A stretch of 64,000 nucleotides of DNA from Hormiphora californensis (lineage: Eukaryota; Animalia; Ctenophora). The position numbers were made by a program, and so were the translations under genes. Below, in pieces: positions 20,009-33,205 of this stretch. The stretch covers positions 310,001-374,000 of the forward strand of contig CM035351.1 of assembly GCA_020137815.1 (NCBI GenBank), in the 5' to 3' direction. The notes beneath the pieces are model-generated. The model was not told the origin of the DNA. It worked only from the letters and a program-made list of their open reading frames with translations, and ran no database searches. Every line of letters begins with the position of its first letter. The first letter of the stretch is position 1.

Positions 20009-20458
20009 AGGTTGACAAGATACCTAAAACTTTTCGTATATCGTCTTATTTTGATTTATCATTAATTTTCAGCATTTTTTCAGAATTTTTTGTCGGCTAG
20101 AAAAAAATTCGAAATAGGGGGTCTACCGATATTGTCAGCACTGGTTTTACTGGGCACACTCACTGCGTCTCGCAAATTGAAATTCACGTTTCCGGTTCCT
20201 CAAAAGATAAAGACTTGATCTTGGTTGCGTTGGATTGGTCTCAATAAGACCTTTCCAACGCTACCAAAACGGTTTCTGTATCTCATCAGGAACCGGAGAT
20301 ATTACGTTATCAATTTTAAAAAAGGCACACTCATTTGTCAATAGACCCCCTATTTTGCACATATTTCTAGCCGACAAAAAATTCTGAAAAAATGCTGAAA
20401 ATTAATGATAAATCAAAATAAGACGATATACGAAAAGTTTTAGGTATCTTGTCAACCT
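20009..20458. mobile_element. MITE with ~115-bp TIRs and TTAA TSD (Kolobok-like, AGG terminus)
   Basis: TTAA|AGGTTGACAAGATACCTAAAAC...GTTTTAGGTATCTTGTCAACCT|TTAA. An internal motif resembles ~40610-40730. Confidence 0.8.
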
Positions 20459-20873
20459 TTAAGTATGTACTGTATGCATTGCTATTTGCTAACTAGCTAC
20501 CCCTCCCTATAATAATTACTAGAGGGCCGAGGGGGAGTAGCTAGTTACCAAAAGTTGGCAATAAAGCAGTTAGACAAGTATGTAAGTATGTACGGGAGCT
20601 GAAGGGAAGAGGTAAATTAAAACACGATAAATTCGCAGAACTGAAATATGTACTTACAAAAAATTTACAAACTACAATTCAGCAGAACCCCGTTTAGTTC
20701 TGAGAATGAAAATATTAAGATTAACACTAATATGATGCTGTGATTAAAACATGCAATTAAAACAAATAAAATCCCCGCACACGGCTTATAAAATCCCCAT
20801 TTAAAATAAAACACGCAAATTAATCATGATTTTGCCTGGTTGTGATTTGTGTCTCCCAGAAAAAGTCTGAATG

Positions 20874-22684
20874 TTACTCCGTCATACCCACTATCTGAAG
20901 TACATCGCCCATCTTGCTCGCGTAGTCGCTATGCCCACTGATGACTGAACTCAAATCAACATTAACCAATTTCCTGCATTCCTCCCCACCTCTCACAGCC
21001 CTTACCCCGGCCACTTGCCGTGTCGCCTGAGTTGTCTTGTAAAGGAAGCTTAGTACCCAATCATTGGTGGAATACCCGTTCACCAGTTTCCCTGATACCG
21101 CCTCACAGAGTCGGGACCAAACCACGGGTTGAGATGTAACGGGTGCCCCACACAGTACCGCGTTCTCTAGAATCCCTGAGTATTCCTCAGCACTTCGCTT
21201 CATTACCATATCCAACAAACAAAAGAAGATAACCCGAGCACCGAGACCATACCCCACCAGGGTGACAGGCCTGGTCCCGTGAAGCCGCTTCCGAAGTACA
21301 GCCGAGAGGTGAATCCCCACCGCTTTACTTCGTTTCATGCAAACTGACCAGGGGTTGTCTATAATGGAGGTGAGGGAGAGGAGGGTTGCAGGCCAGGCCA
21401 GGGAGGCAGCTAGCGCAGAGAAAATAGTGTATCTTATAACCTCATCAGCAGCAACAGACACTGCCATGCTAGTCAGGAAGTCAGAGAGAGCATTAGAGAA
21501 CTGGGTAATGTGCTTACTCTCGTATCTGAGGAGGTACTGTTCCTCTGAATACCGGAGGAGGGCCCAGTTGTCCTTATTAGCAACTAGTCCATCCATCATA
21601 ATAGTGAGGGAAACTGAGGGTTTCTCCTTCACTGATGTAAACTCAAACTCGTCTATAGAACCCACCAACTTACTAACCTGAAACAAGAACCAATCAGAGC
21701 TCGTTATTTAGGTCACGTGACTGATTATCAGCCAATCAGGGACCAGTATTTCAACTTACTAACCTTGTAACCAGTTAGACCGCCACCCACGGCACCAAAA
21801 GTGGCCGCTATAGCCGCCAAACCAGTGGTAGTGGCTAGGAATGCAGTTCCCGATGTACCCACTATTGATGCTAACCCGGACACAACTAAAGGTGCTGCAA
21901 GACCTCCAGTTACTGTTAACAGTACTGCTCCCCCTGTGGCAGCTAGACCCACTGCTGCCATACCCTTTACTGACATACTCTCCTTCTTCTTTTTATACTT
22001 GCCCTCCACTTCAGCCACCCTCCCTGCCTCTTGTACCGCCGATAGCTCATAGGCAGTCACTTGGGTGTAATCAATTCGTAGAACTTGGGCAGACGCCAAC
22101 ATGAAGGTTCTGATACGAGCATCATAAGCTCCACGTGATACAGCGAAGGAAACCATTTCTTTAACTAGCAACCCACAGTTCCCTGTCTGGAGGGGTGCAA
22201 CAAAGGATGTCATGTTGTACTCCGAGGGATCGAACATAAACTGCCATAGGAAGAGAGGGTTACTCTTAGTTGATGATGGTGTAGGTTCTGGAGAAGGGTT
22301 ACTCTTAGTGGATGATGGTGTGGGTTCTGGAGAGGTGGTCTGTGTAACCCGGTCCAGCTCACACGCAATATCGAAATCACTGACATCCTTCTCAAGACAT
22401 TGCTCCATCAGAGCACACACCCGGTCACTACACTTTTTAACTTCCTGCCTCTGGGGAACAATAATGTCCGATACCCGGGAGTAGTCCTCATCAGGCAGAG
22501 TGATGCCTTTTAAGGAGGCTGGTTTACTGTGAAGATAGTCAAGGAAATCCCGGAGAAACGCCATCATGAAAACATAGTCCAGATCAGTGGGATAGAGGTA
22601 AAGAAGGAGGTGGAGGGAGAGGAGGCGGAGTCGTGCAATAACACCATCAGATGAAGCGGTAGTAGCACTTCCCACGATGTCCAT
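20874..22684 (-). CDS. TMCO4: TMCO4 / DUF726 alpha/beta-hydrolase-like membrane protein, 2 exons (22684-21764, 21677-20874)
   Basis: Motifs YDARIR, GGAVLLTVTGGLAAP, IDNPWSVC, GTRPVTLVGYGLGARVIF, VSGKLVNGYSTNDWVL and GHSDY; one 86-bp phase-0 intron. Confidence 0.9.
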
Positions 22685-22875
22685 GATGCTGGCGAGCAAA
22701 TGGCATTCGCTTAAAATAACATAGAGCATGTGGTCAATTGATTGGAAAAAATTACAAGCAAGGATGAAAATAGCAACAAATATAAATATGATAATCATGA
22801 GAGCTGGAAATATCAACAATTAATCATGAGAGGAGGGCCAGGCGAATAAATTAATTGGGTTCCATAGTTCTACTT

Positions 22876-23462
22876 TCATGAGTCCTGGTCCTTATCAAGA
22901 TTCATCCCCCTTGGACCTCGAAAACGTCGCTTTCTGTCAATCTGGAAATATTTTAATGTAAAGCGTCCTCAACCATAATAATTAGATGCAAATCGAATAA
23001 AATGTTAAATGGTATGACCGGCTGAACTTACCGTATCCCATTTGCACGCTGACAACATCGTTTCAAATTTATCACACTCCGCGTTTCGACCAGGTAGAGC
23101 CTTATCAGTTAAACACTCTCGAGGAGTGTAACCGTACTGAAAGTAAGGGGAACCAAGAGTTAAAATAAATACAAATATACATTTATTGTATAGACCCCGG
23201 AGGCCGGACATCGATGCCATCGGATGATACGCGGAAAGTAGGTCCCCGATAGTATCAGGCCGATACATACCTTTTGAAAGCAGTCGGTCGCCCGTAAACA
23301 GTTTAGCAGTGCTTTTTTGGCATCCCTGCACATTCCCTTCGGATCAGATGACGGAAAAGCGATCTTGGTGAACCAATTCGCTGGATCGTCCTGGTCTCCA
23401 ATCGTCACCTGATTAGCAAACTTTTCATACTGCTCCCTTGGCGTCTCCTGCTCGCTTGACAT
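22876..23462 (-). CDS. COA5: Cytochrome c oxidase assembly factor 5 (Pet191 family), 3 exons (23462-23271, 23136-23032, 22941-22876)
   Basis: Spliced product CRDAKKALLNCLRATDCFQK|YGYTPRECL...CDKFETMLSACKWDT|IDRKRRFRG has the twin-Cx9C-type cysteines and C-terminal RFRG motif of Pet191/COA5; both introns are phase 0. Confidence 0.85.
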
Positions 23463-25303
23463 AGTAAACTTAGCCTTTTTAGGAGCGTGAGGAGTCCTAT
23501 TTAACACAGGACAGATCACAGATGGCAGTTTGAAGTTTCCACTTTTTGGGTTCAAAAAAGTAAAAACATGTTTGGGGTTTTAACTTTTTTATTTGAGATT
23601 TCTTGTTTAAAATAAACTAGCGCACCCATTGGGTGCGCCCCAAGTAAGAGAGTTTTGATAACCCACCCGGCTTCGCCGGGTGGCCCTCTTTTTCCCACAT
23701 ATGTCACCAATTCAATGGTTGCCATGGCAACTAAATCGGTAACTATTGGAGACTGAATTGCTAAATTATGTTCCGAAATGATCACAAACTGCCAGCAAAG
23801 TAAAAACAACTGCTCCGAAAAGAGGGCCGGGTGTTAAACGTAACGCTTTGGGTTTGACATCTGATTTAGAGTTCTGTTCGACACTCCCATAATAATGGGT
23901 GTGGTAATTTAAACATGTGACACTGTGCAGTGTACAGAGCTGATGACTGTGAGATATGTGACACTGACAGGGCCTGGTTTCTGATGAGATGAAATGTGAT
24001 CGGATAGCAGGAGCAGTGAGCACACATCAAGAGGACCCAAAACAATTTAAATCAGTACCATAGCAACATGAAGTGGTCATGGCAGGAACTTATCATTCCA
24101 GGAACGCGCGCAGCGGAAGGAGAAGTTAAAGCAGTCGCTGTTAGTAGTCACTGTGTGCGCGCGGCTCAACTTCCGTCATAGTTACGTAATTGTGGCCACT
24201 GCACCACTGCAGGACGCCATTGAAATTCTTAATGAAGGAGCAGTCTGTCGCTTAGATACCGCCTAACGAACGACCATCACTACGTCGTTCATCTCCAAAT
24301 TATAATAGAGATTCTGTTTCCTGTTTAATGGAACGCGCGATTTTAACGCAAAACAGCGCCGCATTTTGACGCGCAAAGTTTTGATTTGGAAGATTCAAGT
24401 TTCAAACGGAAAATGTTAAAATCTGGGTGCCTTTCATTGCTAACAATTCGTAGTTTTAGCGCGCGCGACGGGTTAGGGCTATCCGTTAGGGTCTGGTTAG
24501 GGTTTGGTTTGGGGTTATCGGTTAGGGCAATCGATTCTCTAACAGATACCGTTTAGTTTACTCAAATTGGCCATGTGGTTGCGTGGCTATAGCCGTTTGA
24601 AAAAAGTCTGTCTAAGTGTACTCTTTTGGTAGCGCGCACCTGTAAACAGGCTGCAAGGCACCCAGATTATAATCGCGCTCGTTTCAAACTTTGCATTTGA
24701 CTTTTTTGTTTTTTAAACGCTAAATTTTGAAAATTCGCCCTCGAGGCTCGAGTGAGATGGCTGGCAGGTGCTATAGTCCCTTGACATTTGTACACCTTCG
24801 TTAGAGGGGCGTGCAGCGTCCTAAGTCTCGAGTGGAAGGAGTATGTGCTTATAGAAAAACTTAAACCGCTTTGGATCAATTATTTGACTTCAACTTTGAA
24901 TTCTTGTACTAACACTGAACACATAGTGATTGATAAATGATAACCAAAACCTAAAATTTAGCTAGGATAAAACGGCTCAGTTTATATGAGAATAATAGAC
25001 TTTAGATGGCTTCCTACACTGCTTCACCTACGAAGGCGAAGATGCCCATAGCAGCGATGATGCGTGGACCTGGACCCGCCAAATACGGCCTCCCCTCATG
25101 TATCGGTAAGTCAAGGCAAGAGTTGCAAGATTTAAAATGAAAAGAACGGCGTGTAAAGGAAATGTAAAAGCTGAATACAATAGTACACGGTATTTTAGTT
25201 GGGATTCTTCAATCATTCACGCCTTGGTAACAGGAAATTAAATCTGTTCTTAGAATATCACATTTCAATTTTCATTTCTCGATACATACCGATAGATATG
25301 TCC

Positions 25304-28055
25304 CTAATCAATAATGGTAACAGTGCACTCTCCTTGAATGTCCTTGAGTTGATCAGAGTCGAATGATGCCACGAACTGCCGCTTACCAATCTTCCTTGTT
25401 GGCACGCTAACAGTAGCTGAGATTTTGTGTTTAGGTTTCACCTGGCCACAGTTGATGTTTACCGGTCGAAGATTTCTCGCTGCCTCCAGTCGAATTCTGG
25501 CATTTTTCAGTGGAATTTTCAGCGGGTTTTCCAGCTGAATCTTCATCTTAATTAACTGGCCCTTTCTGATTGTGGTTTTGTTTGGTGTTAGTGTGATCTT
25601 GGGTTTGTTAAAATCAAACTGCTCCGAGACGGTATAAATCTGTCCTGTGCCCTGAACCTCGGCCCTCACGGCCACCTTTAGAGCACCATCCGGTCGAATT
25701 TTGCCAACATAATCTTCAGGTGAAATGTAAAGAGCGCATCGGGCAGTTTGGTTTTCAGGAGCAAACAACATGTGTTCCATCCTTTTCACTTGGCCCAGCG
25801 GTTTACCCATGTAGGTGATAGAGGTTCCTGTCATGACCACCTTGATGGATCGAACCTCGCTACTCTGGTTTTTAGACTCAAGGTTCACAACCACACTGTC
25901 CCCCATCTTGACTTCTCCGTGAGTCAGTTTGAATTTTATATCGTCCTCAACCGCATTCTTCTTGTAGTACTCCTCCAAGTATTCCGCTCTGGCCCCCATA
26001 CAAGCAGCTGCACCAACCGCGTCACGCTCTCCCGCTGAGCCTTCCTCAAACTTGTAGTTCCCCTTGACATCAACCATTTCACCGGACCCTACTGCTTTGG
26101 TAGCAACCAGCCTCCCTATAGCTGAGGTATCAACACGAGCTATCTTCATACTTCCATCCTCCTCTACAATCCAATACACCACATCCCCGTTAACCTCTGA
26201 AAACACAAACCCAGTATCATATCCGCAGTTCATGTCACCTTGTTTTATTGCTGCAACGGGGGCAGGGCCGCACTGCATTCGACCCGAGCTGGCCTCCTGG
26301 GGAGTAGCATCGAGAGCCTGCCACCCATTGTACTCCTTATTTCTGAGGTCCTTTCTGGAGAACCATGCCTCAACCCAAACATGGAAATTCCACGTACTAT
26401 CATCGTAATCAGCGAGAGAGTTTCCATTGTGATCAAAGTGGATGTCAATTGTGTTACTGTGATCATGATCATGTCCAGAACAGAAGTTTGTGACGGATCG
26501 GGCAGGGATTCCCAGGGTTCTATACAGGGAACACAGTACTCCAGAGAACACCCAGCACTGTCCAAACTTCACCTGCCTCGGTCTGTTCTTCCAGTAATGC
26601 TCGATCACATCCACAGATCCTGTCCAGCTGGTGGGGGCAGCTCCCCCGGAGTAGTCCCCACTCCAGTTACCACATAGAATACCATTATCATCATCTGAAC
26701 TGTTTGCCATGGCTGTGAATGCTCGACTAACCTCGACTATATCACCCTTGTACTGATCAGCGATCCAATCACCGCTATCCAGGAGAAACAGAGCGGACAG
26801 TAGGACAGTGTCGTCAAACTGCCCGAAAATCCAGGGCCTTCCCACGACATTAGCAATGGACCCCACATAAACCTTGCCAACATCTTCTAGCACGTATTCA
26901 TTACGTTTCTCCTCGTCGGCCATGAAGACAGGATCCTCAGGGCACCACGCGTTGAACAGGACAATTATTGGGTCCATAACTTGGAATCGGGTCAGCTGGC
27001 CGTCAGTCAGACAGTCCACGGCCATTTTAAACTCACCAACCTGGGGGAATAGAATTTTAAACTTGTCTAAAATGAGAAATAGAGATTCACAATTGATTAT
27101 GTGATCTCCAAGAAGAAGAAGAAGAGATTGAGTAGTTTACTCCACCAACACGTCATTCACACTTACCATGCTAGCTACAGATGGCATCATTTCAACCTTC
27201 AGTTTGTTGCCCCTGGAAGCTTTATCAAATCTCATCGTCCAGTACTTGTTACTGGAGATTTCTTTCTTGCTCGGGCTCAGTTTAATTAGCGTACCCTTGC
27301 TTATCCGGGGCTTAGGCCCATACATCAGGAAAATCTCAACCTCGTCTGTACCAGGTTTGAAAGTTCTGTCCAGCTCGATCTCAAAGGTGAAAACCTGTCC
27401 TCGACGGACAATCAGTTTCTCCAATTCATATTCTTCTGTGTGATGTTCCCGTCGATTTTCAGCCAGTAAGAGGTTGACCTAAATAATACATTTTAGAATT
27501 CGGTTGTTGCAGTCCCTGAGAGAGGAACAGGAATTTATCATGTAGCCCTGTGCTAGCCAATTAGGGCACCTACTGTAAAACTAGATATTTTCGAGGCAAT
27601 TAATTTTCGCGATTCGATAAAAATTTACTATTTTCGCGATTTTAATTTTCGCTAATCCCACTGCTACCCCCATTTCACGGTCCTAGTCTATTGTCTAATT
27701 ACGCCAAGAGTGCAGTCATCATTGCCATGAGACACCAGACCTGCTTGGCGTAGACCAATGAAATGTTGCCAATTACAAATGTGTCATCCTGAAATAACTT
27801 GCACGAGCTTTCTGTAAAAAATCGTCCAAAATATTTTCGCGGAATTAATTTTCGCGGATTTTCCAGCCAAAAATAAAGAGCGAAAATAAAAATCTCACGA
27901 AAATATCTAGTTTTACAGTACTTTCTCCACGCTAAGCCTACTAGGGCACCTACTTTCTCCACACTAAGCTGATCGGGCTGAGTTTTGTTGATAGTCTTCC
28001 AGATGCTCTCTGTTCCTGACTGGTTGCCTCCCGCGCTGACTCTCCGAGCAGGCAT
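25304..28055 (-). CDS. Protein-glutamine gamma-glutamyltransferase (transglutaminase), 3 exons (28055-27954, 27478-27167, 27040-25304)
   Basis: N-domain HHTEEY...LIVRRGQ; catalytic triad motifs FGQCWVFSGV, WNFHVW and WQALDATPQE; two C-terminal Ig-like domains. Confidence 0.95.
27573..27918. mobile_element. MITE with TA TSD (Tc1/mariner-pogo-like) in transglutaminase intron 1
   Basis: TA|CTGTAAAACTAGATATTTTCG...CGAAAATATCTAGTTTTACAG|TA with internal ATTTTCGC repeats. Confidence 0.85.
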
Positions 28056-28168
28056 AGCTAGATGTTAAATGCAGACTGCTATTATTATTAGGTACTTCTT
28101 CATGAACCATATAGTTATCATGGTTTGTATACTTATCTTGTAATCTAGAAGGTCTTTATGCTACAAAC

Positions 28169-28277
28169 CAGAAACCGACCGGACCAAGTAAACAACCAAT
28201 CAGAGCTCGTTATTTAGGTCACGTGACTGGTTATCAGCCAATCAGGGACCAGTATTTCCTGGTTCGGTCGGTTCCTG
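28169..28277. mobile_element. 109-bp hAT-type MITE with 8-bp TSD
   Basis: TIR CAG(A/G)AACCGACC...GGTCGGTTCCTG; TSD CTACAAAC at 28161-28168 and 28278-28285. Its core matches the TMCO4 intron. Confidence 0.85.
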
Positions 28278-28897
28278 CTACAAACTAACAACATAACGAT
28301 ACAATTTGTATCATTACAAAGGTGTAATAGAGCAAGAAATGAGAAGACTAGACAGCAGCAAAAACACACTAGATTGGTGATACAAATGAGATAAAATGTG
28401 CTAGCAAAGCGTTACCCTCTGCAGCACGTGTGCGGTCAAAGAGGGGGGTGGGGGCGGTAATAAATGGGGCAGATCATGTTGTTGGCTAACACTCGAGTCA
28501 ACCACATCCCACCCCTGAAATAGCTCAGTAGAAACAAGTGCAGCACACGGGGACCAGTGATAGAAAGCCTAAAGAGAGAGATTATAGCAACTTTAAATGT
28601 GAGCTCAGAGCTATCATCTTACAGGATCCATCTCATGACAACAGAAACTCTGAAAGAGAGAGAGGGGATTAGAGCGAGACGGAGAGAGAGAATGTGTGTG
28701 TATGTGTTTACAGGCTGAAAATATTCTTCTTGGCCCCTATTCCATTCGGAGGTATTCATAAAAATGCCTCGGTGCACAAAATATCCGAATACCCAATTCT
28801 AACGATTCTTGCAAAATACTGGATATGTCTCTATAATACATAGCTAGGCAGCTGTAGTCAGGCGTATGAGCTATCGTTTATTGACAATAACCGCGCC

Positions 28898-29112
28898 TCC
28901 CTTGCACTTCCGGAGACCTCCTAGAGACTTCGCCGGGAGATCTCCTAGAGACGTCGCCGGGAGATCTCCTAGAGATCTCCCAGCTGGGGGATTATTTTAG
29001 AAAAACCACCAGAGACGAAATCTGCCGCCAGAAAGTGACTCAGACACAATTCTGAAACACTTATTTGGTGGTTCATGACTTCCCGGGCGGAGATCTCTGG
29101 AGGTGCAAGGGA
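28898..29112. repeat. Short inverted-repeat element with internal ~24-bp tandem repeats
   Basis: CCCTTGCACTTCCGGAGA ... TCTCTGGAGGTGCAAGGG; internal repeats of GGAGATCTCCTAGAGAC. Confidence 0.5.
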
Positions 29113-29208
29113 TGCCACAATGTTCAATGTTCCAGTTTTACTTTTTACTGCGGGCTTATACTGTGTGATACTGTCCATGTGTTCTAACCCATTTTCCCTC
29201 CTTTCCAG

Positions 29209-31588
29209 GTCACAACGGTAATGATATCAGCAAATCAAAATCACCAGCTTTCTCCTTTGGACGGCGGCTTTCCTCCAGAGCCAACAATGGCAGTCCTGGA
29301 CCAGCTTACATGGTACCTGCTAGGATGACCAGGTTTGGGGGCGATGGGGCACCCGCTTACAGCCTCCATGGACGTACCAAGGACGTGAAGCCCCTGACAA
29401 CACCCGCACCCGGTAATTTATCTTGATACATACTATACCTTACTCTCGTTTTTTAAGAAACGCTTTAGTAAGAAACTTTTTTATAAGAAACTTTTCAAAT
29501 GTAGATCACACAATTCAGAGAGTAGAGACACCACAACAAAATAGAACACCCCTAACTTGTTTAGTTTCTTGATAAAGAAAAAATTCTTTTTGTATTTTGG
29601 ATTGCTTACACCTGTAGTTTCCTAGAAAAAAGTTTCTTATTTAAAAGTTTCTTGAAATATACGAGCTTAATTAACGAGAGTAAGGTATATTTGATTTAGT
29701 TATATCTAGATACTTACCTAGATACTATCTTTTTGATATCTTGACCCTATCTTGATACTATCTATTTGACTTGTAAAACTCCATCGCGGTCAACCGCAGT
29801 CTCTAGATATCATGCATGTGATACCAACAAGCAAATCCGGTGTTTAAACTCCCTCCTCCTCCTCCTCTCACAGGCCACTACGCCCCTGAGAGAGGTAGCA
29901 AATCAAGATCAGGATATTCCTTTGGATGCCGGACCAAGACTTTCACTCGAACCTTCACACCAGCACCCAATGCATATGCCATTCCCTCCAAAATTGGAAG
30001 CGGCCGTAAGTAAAAACTTATTACTCAACAATTGCAACTACAAACAGATACACGTTACATTCCCTCGACCCCACCATTGATATCGCCCTACTGATACCAA
30101 AATGTCTCTTTAGGCTGGTGCTCAGCCCCCTCTTATTCAATGACGGGCCGATCTAAGATAGGCAGTTTCCACGAGGACTTGAAAAAGGTATGAAACTCAT
30201 AATTTCCTGGCTGCGAGCCAATTCTGTATTATTGGGATGTATCGTACTTGAATTGTCGTGCAATGAGCGTTAAAATGAACATTGTGGTGTCTTGTTCAAA
30301 CTGGGGGGGGGGGCTCAAACTTTCCCTCACAAAACTGCCATGACTGTTCTGTAGCTGGAGGAACAAATAGTATTGTTCTCATATTTACTCATTTTTCTAT
30401 TGCTCTTTGATTCATTCACACAGGTGTCAACTAGCAAATCTTTCTCTCTACCAAAATATTGAGTGCTATTCATCTTTATCTCTCACTAATCAGTAGTATC
30501 TCTCTCCCCCTCTAACTCTCTCTCCCTCACTAACTCTCTCTCCCCCTCTCCCACCACTCCTGAATGGAGGTTTGCATGCATCCACTCAAGCCAAGTAGCA
30601 GTTAATTCTGTAGTGTACTGTGCAGTAGTGCTTGTGTGGGATGATTCTTTTAGGTATTCTAGTCATCTCACTGTCATCTCACCGTCTCCCTCTCTTATCC
30701 CCTCTCCCTCTCTCCCTCTACCTCTCTCTCCCTCTCTCATACTCAGATACCCACACTCACTCTTTCTTTCCATCGGGACCGCACAAACAACAAAGGTCCT
30801 TAGCAACGCCAGACCACAATATATCACATTTCATTCTCTCTTTACTTCTAGTAAACAGTAAACATACTATTTATAAATCTGGTCTCACGATGTATCTTTC
30901 TTATTCTCTTGTCTTGGAAGGCTGACCACATACAGTCACATACTTATGCTAATAAGTATGCCGAATACAACACCGGGAATTACAATGAATAGATCCATCC
31001 CAGATCTCTCTCCATATAAATCCAGACTCTCTCTCCGAAAATGAGAGAGAATGACTGATGATAGAAAAGCACTTGGTCACCGTAGCAACTCATGAGGGTA
31101 TCAGAATCACATGACTGTAGCGCGCGGTGTTTGGGTTCTGGGACAAGTTGGAAACGACACACTGAGTTCGACATAAAATCGCGCGCGCACAATGTGGCCG
31201 TGGTATTTCTGCGCTGACAAGGGCCCCGGAGTTTCTAACCTTCCTTTCTATTTCAGACGCCAGGACCCGGATCGTACAAGACCACGGTGCCGTTCGTATA
31301 CAAGTACAAGTGTCCAGCTTACTCCATGAACGGTCGAAACTTCCTGCCCAGTGACACCACCCAGAAACCAGGACCGGGAACGTACAAACCAGAACAGGTA
31401 AAATTTGTGGAGATTTGGCCCCTGAATTTCCAATTGTATTTCTTTAATTATTAACCAAAACACATTTCCCTCTCTAGGTTTCTCTATACAAGGAGGGAGC
31501 GCCAAAGTTTTCATTTGGTATTCGACACTCAGAATACATTAATATTATGCCTGCTGCAAGGGAAGGCAACGAAACTCTGAGAGTTTAG
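29209..31588 (+). CDS. ODF3: ODF3/SHIPPO-repeat ciliary microtubule-associated protein; 5' exon not located. Exons ~29209-29412, 29874-30005, 30114-30187, 31257-31397, 31479-31588
   Basis: Repeated PGP-x-Y and PAFSFG/PAYS motifs (SPGPAY, TPAPNAY, TPGPGSY, KPGPGTY); C-terminal FSFGIRHSEY; intron phases consistent. Confidence 0.88.
29438..29685. mobile_element. MITE with TA TSD in an ODF3 intron
   Basis: TA|CCTTACTCTCGTT...AACGAGAGTAAGG|TA with internal TAAGAAAC repeats. Confidence 0.75.
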
Positions 31589-32855
31589 TTATAAAGTGTG
31601 TATTATAGTTTAGGCAAAACGTAGGTACTTTGACTGTGTGTGTTTATACGTAGATTTTAGGAGAGTGATTCAGGGATGTATTCAGGAATGAATTCAGTTG
31701 TACTGTGCAGAATGAGTTTATGAAATTTAAATCGACCGTCTTTATCCTTTTTTTAAAAAGACCCCAAACACCCAGTACGTTCCCGATCGAAAACAGAAAA
31801 ACAAGTTGATTTCTCCATGTCTAAGCAGCAACTAGCTAAAAGAACTGTGCGTAGAATTAACAAAAAATTTAGTCCTGACACATCTTGATACACTCACACA
31901 CACCTAGACACTTGTCTAGCTCGACCCCAAGAAGAGGGGTTAGAACATAACAACACAGCGGTGTTAATGTAGCGACTCGTTCATACACAAGCCCTGATTG
32001 TGGTCGTCTAAAACATGTATCTAACCAGAACCCTGTGCAACTTTCAGTGAACCTTTCCCTTTTCCATACTCGAACGTGTCGATTATACTCTCTGTCGAAC
32101 GTATGGTCACAAGGGGCAGGCAGACAAAAGAGAGATACAGTTAACACAGGGAAAAGTGCCGCTGCCTGGGTTTACTAAGGGAAGTGTAGTGGGGGCAATA
32201 TAATAATTGTTTTTAATAACAAAACTCAGCAATAACCACTCACCCACTGTGCAGGATATATGGTGGTCTAATAACCACTCACCCACTGTGCAGGATATAT
32301 GGGGGTCTAATTAGACCTGGATATCCAACAGTCGGGGCGAGGATTGGGGGGGGATAAAAACATACAATATATAGAAACTGTTAAAACGACTTTAAAACAC
32401 ACTTCACACACACACTGCGGGTATTATAGACGGCATTAGAAGGCTCTCCTCAACAGATATAGATCAGTCCTTGAATGCCTCTTTGCCACACAGTTATCAT
32501 GGGTTACACCCCCATAAAACTTCTTCAACAGATTTTCAGGAAAAAAGGGGCTACAGGAGAAATACCATCCTATATCATCTGTTAAAAATATTTTCCAATC
32601 CCAAAAAGATATGTATCGTGAACCAGAAAAGAAACGGGACTCTGCACTGGAGCCTGTTTCACCCTCTCTCTCAATAAAGATCTGTCTCCATGACAACCAA
32701 CAAAGCAACAGAAACAATAAAGGGAGATATGTGGTGTCGCGGGTGCTGCAAATGGAAACGTTTCGTATAAGAAACAAAAACAGCGGCAGCACATCATTAT
32801 ACAATAATACACACACAACTGGGCACAGTGAGGAGAGAGAGATAGGATCCCTGAG

Positions 32856-32941
<86 letters not shown>

Positions 32942-33014
32942 TCTACGATAGATCTACGAATAGCAGAGAGGATTAGAGAGAGAGAGAGAAGAATAGACTT
33001 GAGCTAGCGAGCTG

Positions 33015-33205
33015 AGAGAGAGAGATAGGATCTATAACCTCTCAGAGAGAGAGATAGGATCTCTATCTTCTCAGAGAGAGATAGGATCTATAACCTCTCA
33101 GTGAGAGACAGAATCCCTAACCTCTCAGAGAGATAGGTCATAGGATCTCTAACCTCTCAGAGAGAGATAGGATCTATAACCTCAGAGAGATAGGATCTCT
33201 AACAT
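33015..33205. repeat. ~27-bp minisatellite (GAGAGATAGGATCTATAACCTCTCA)
   Basis: About 6-7 degenerate tandem copies. Confidence 0.8.

Noticed and set aside
22685-22819. Hydrophobic N-terminal extension of the TMCO4 ORF
   Set aside because: Starts at a non-ATG codon in U-rich intergenic sequence upstream of a splice acceptor; ATG 22684 is preferred.
24469-24527. TTAGGG-like repeats as telomeric sequence (also in 42300-42440)
   Set aside because: Few, degenerate and embedded in other repeats.
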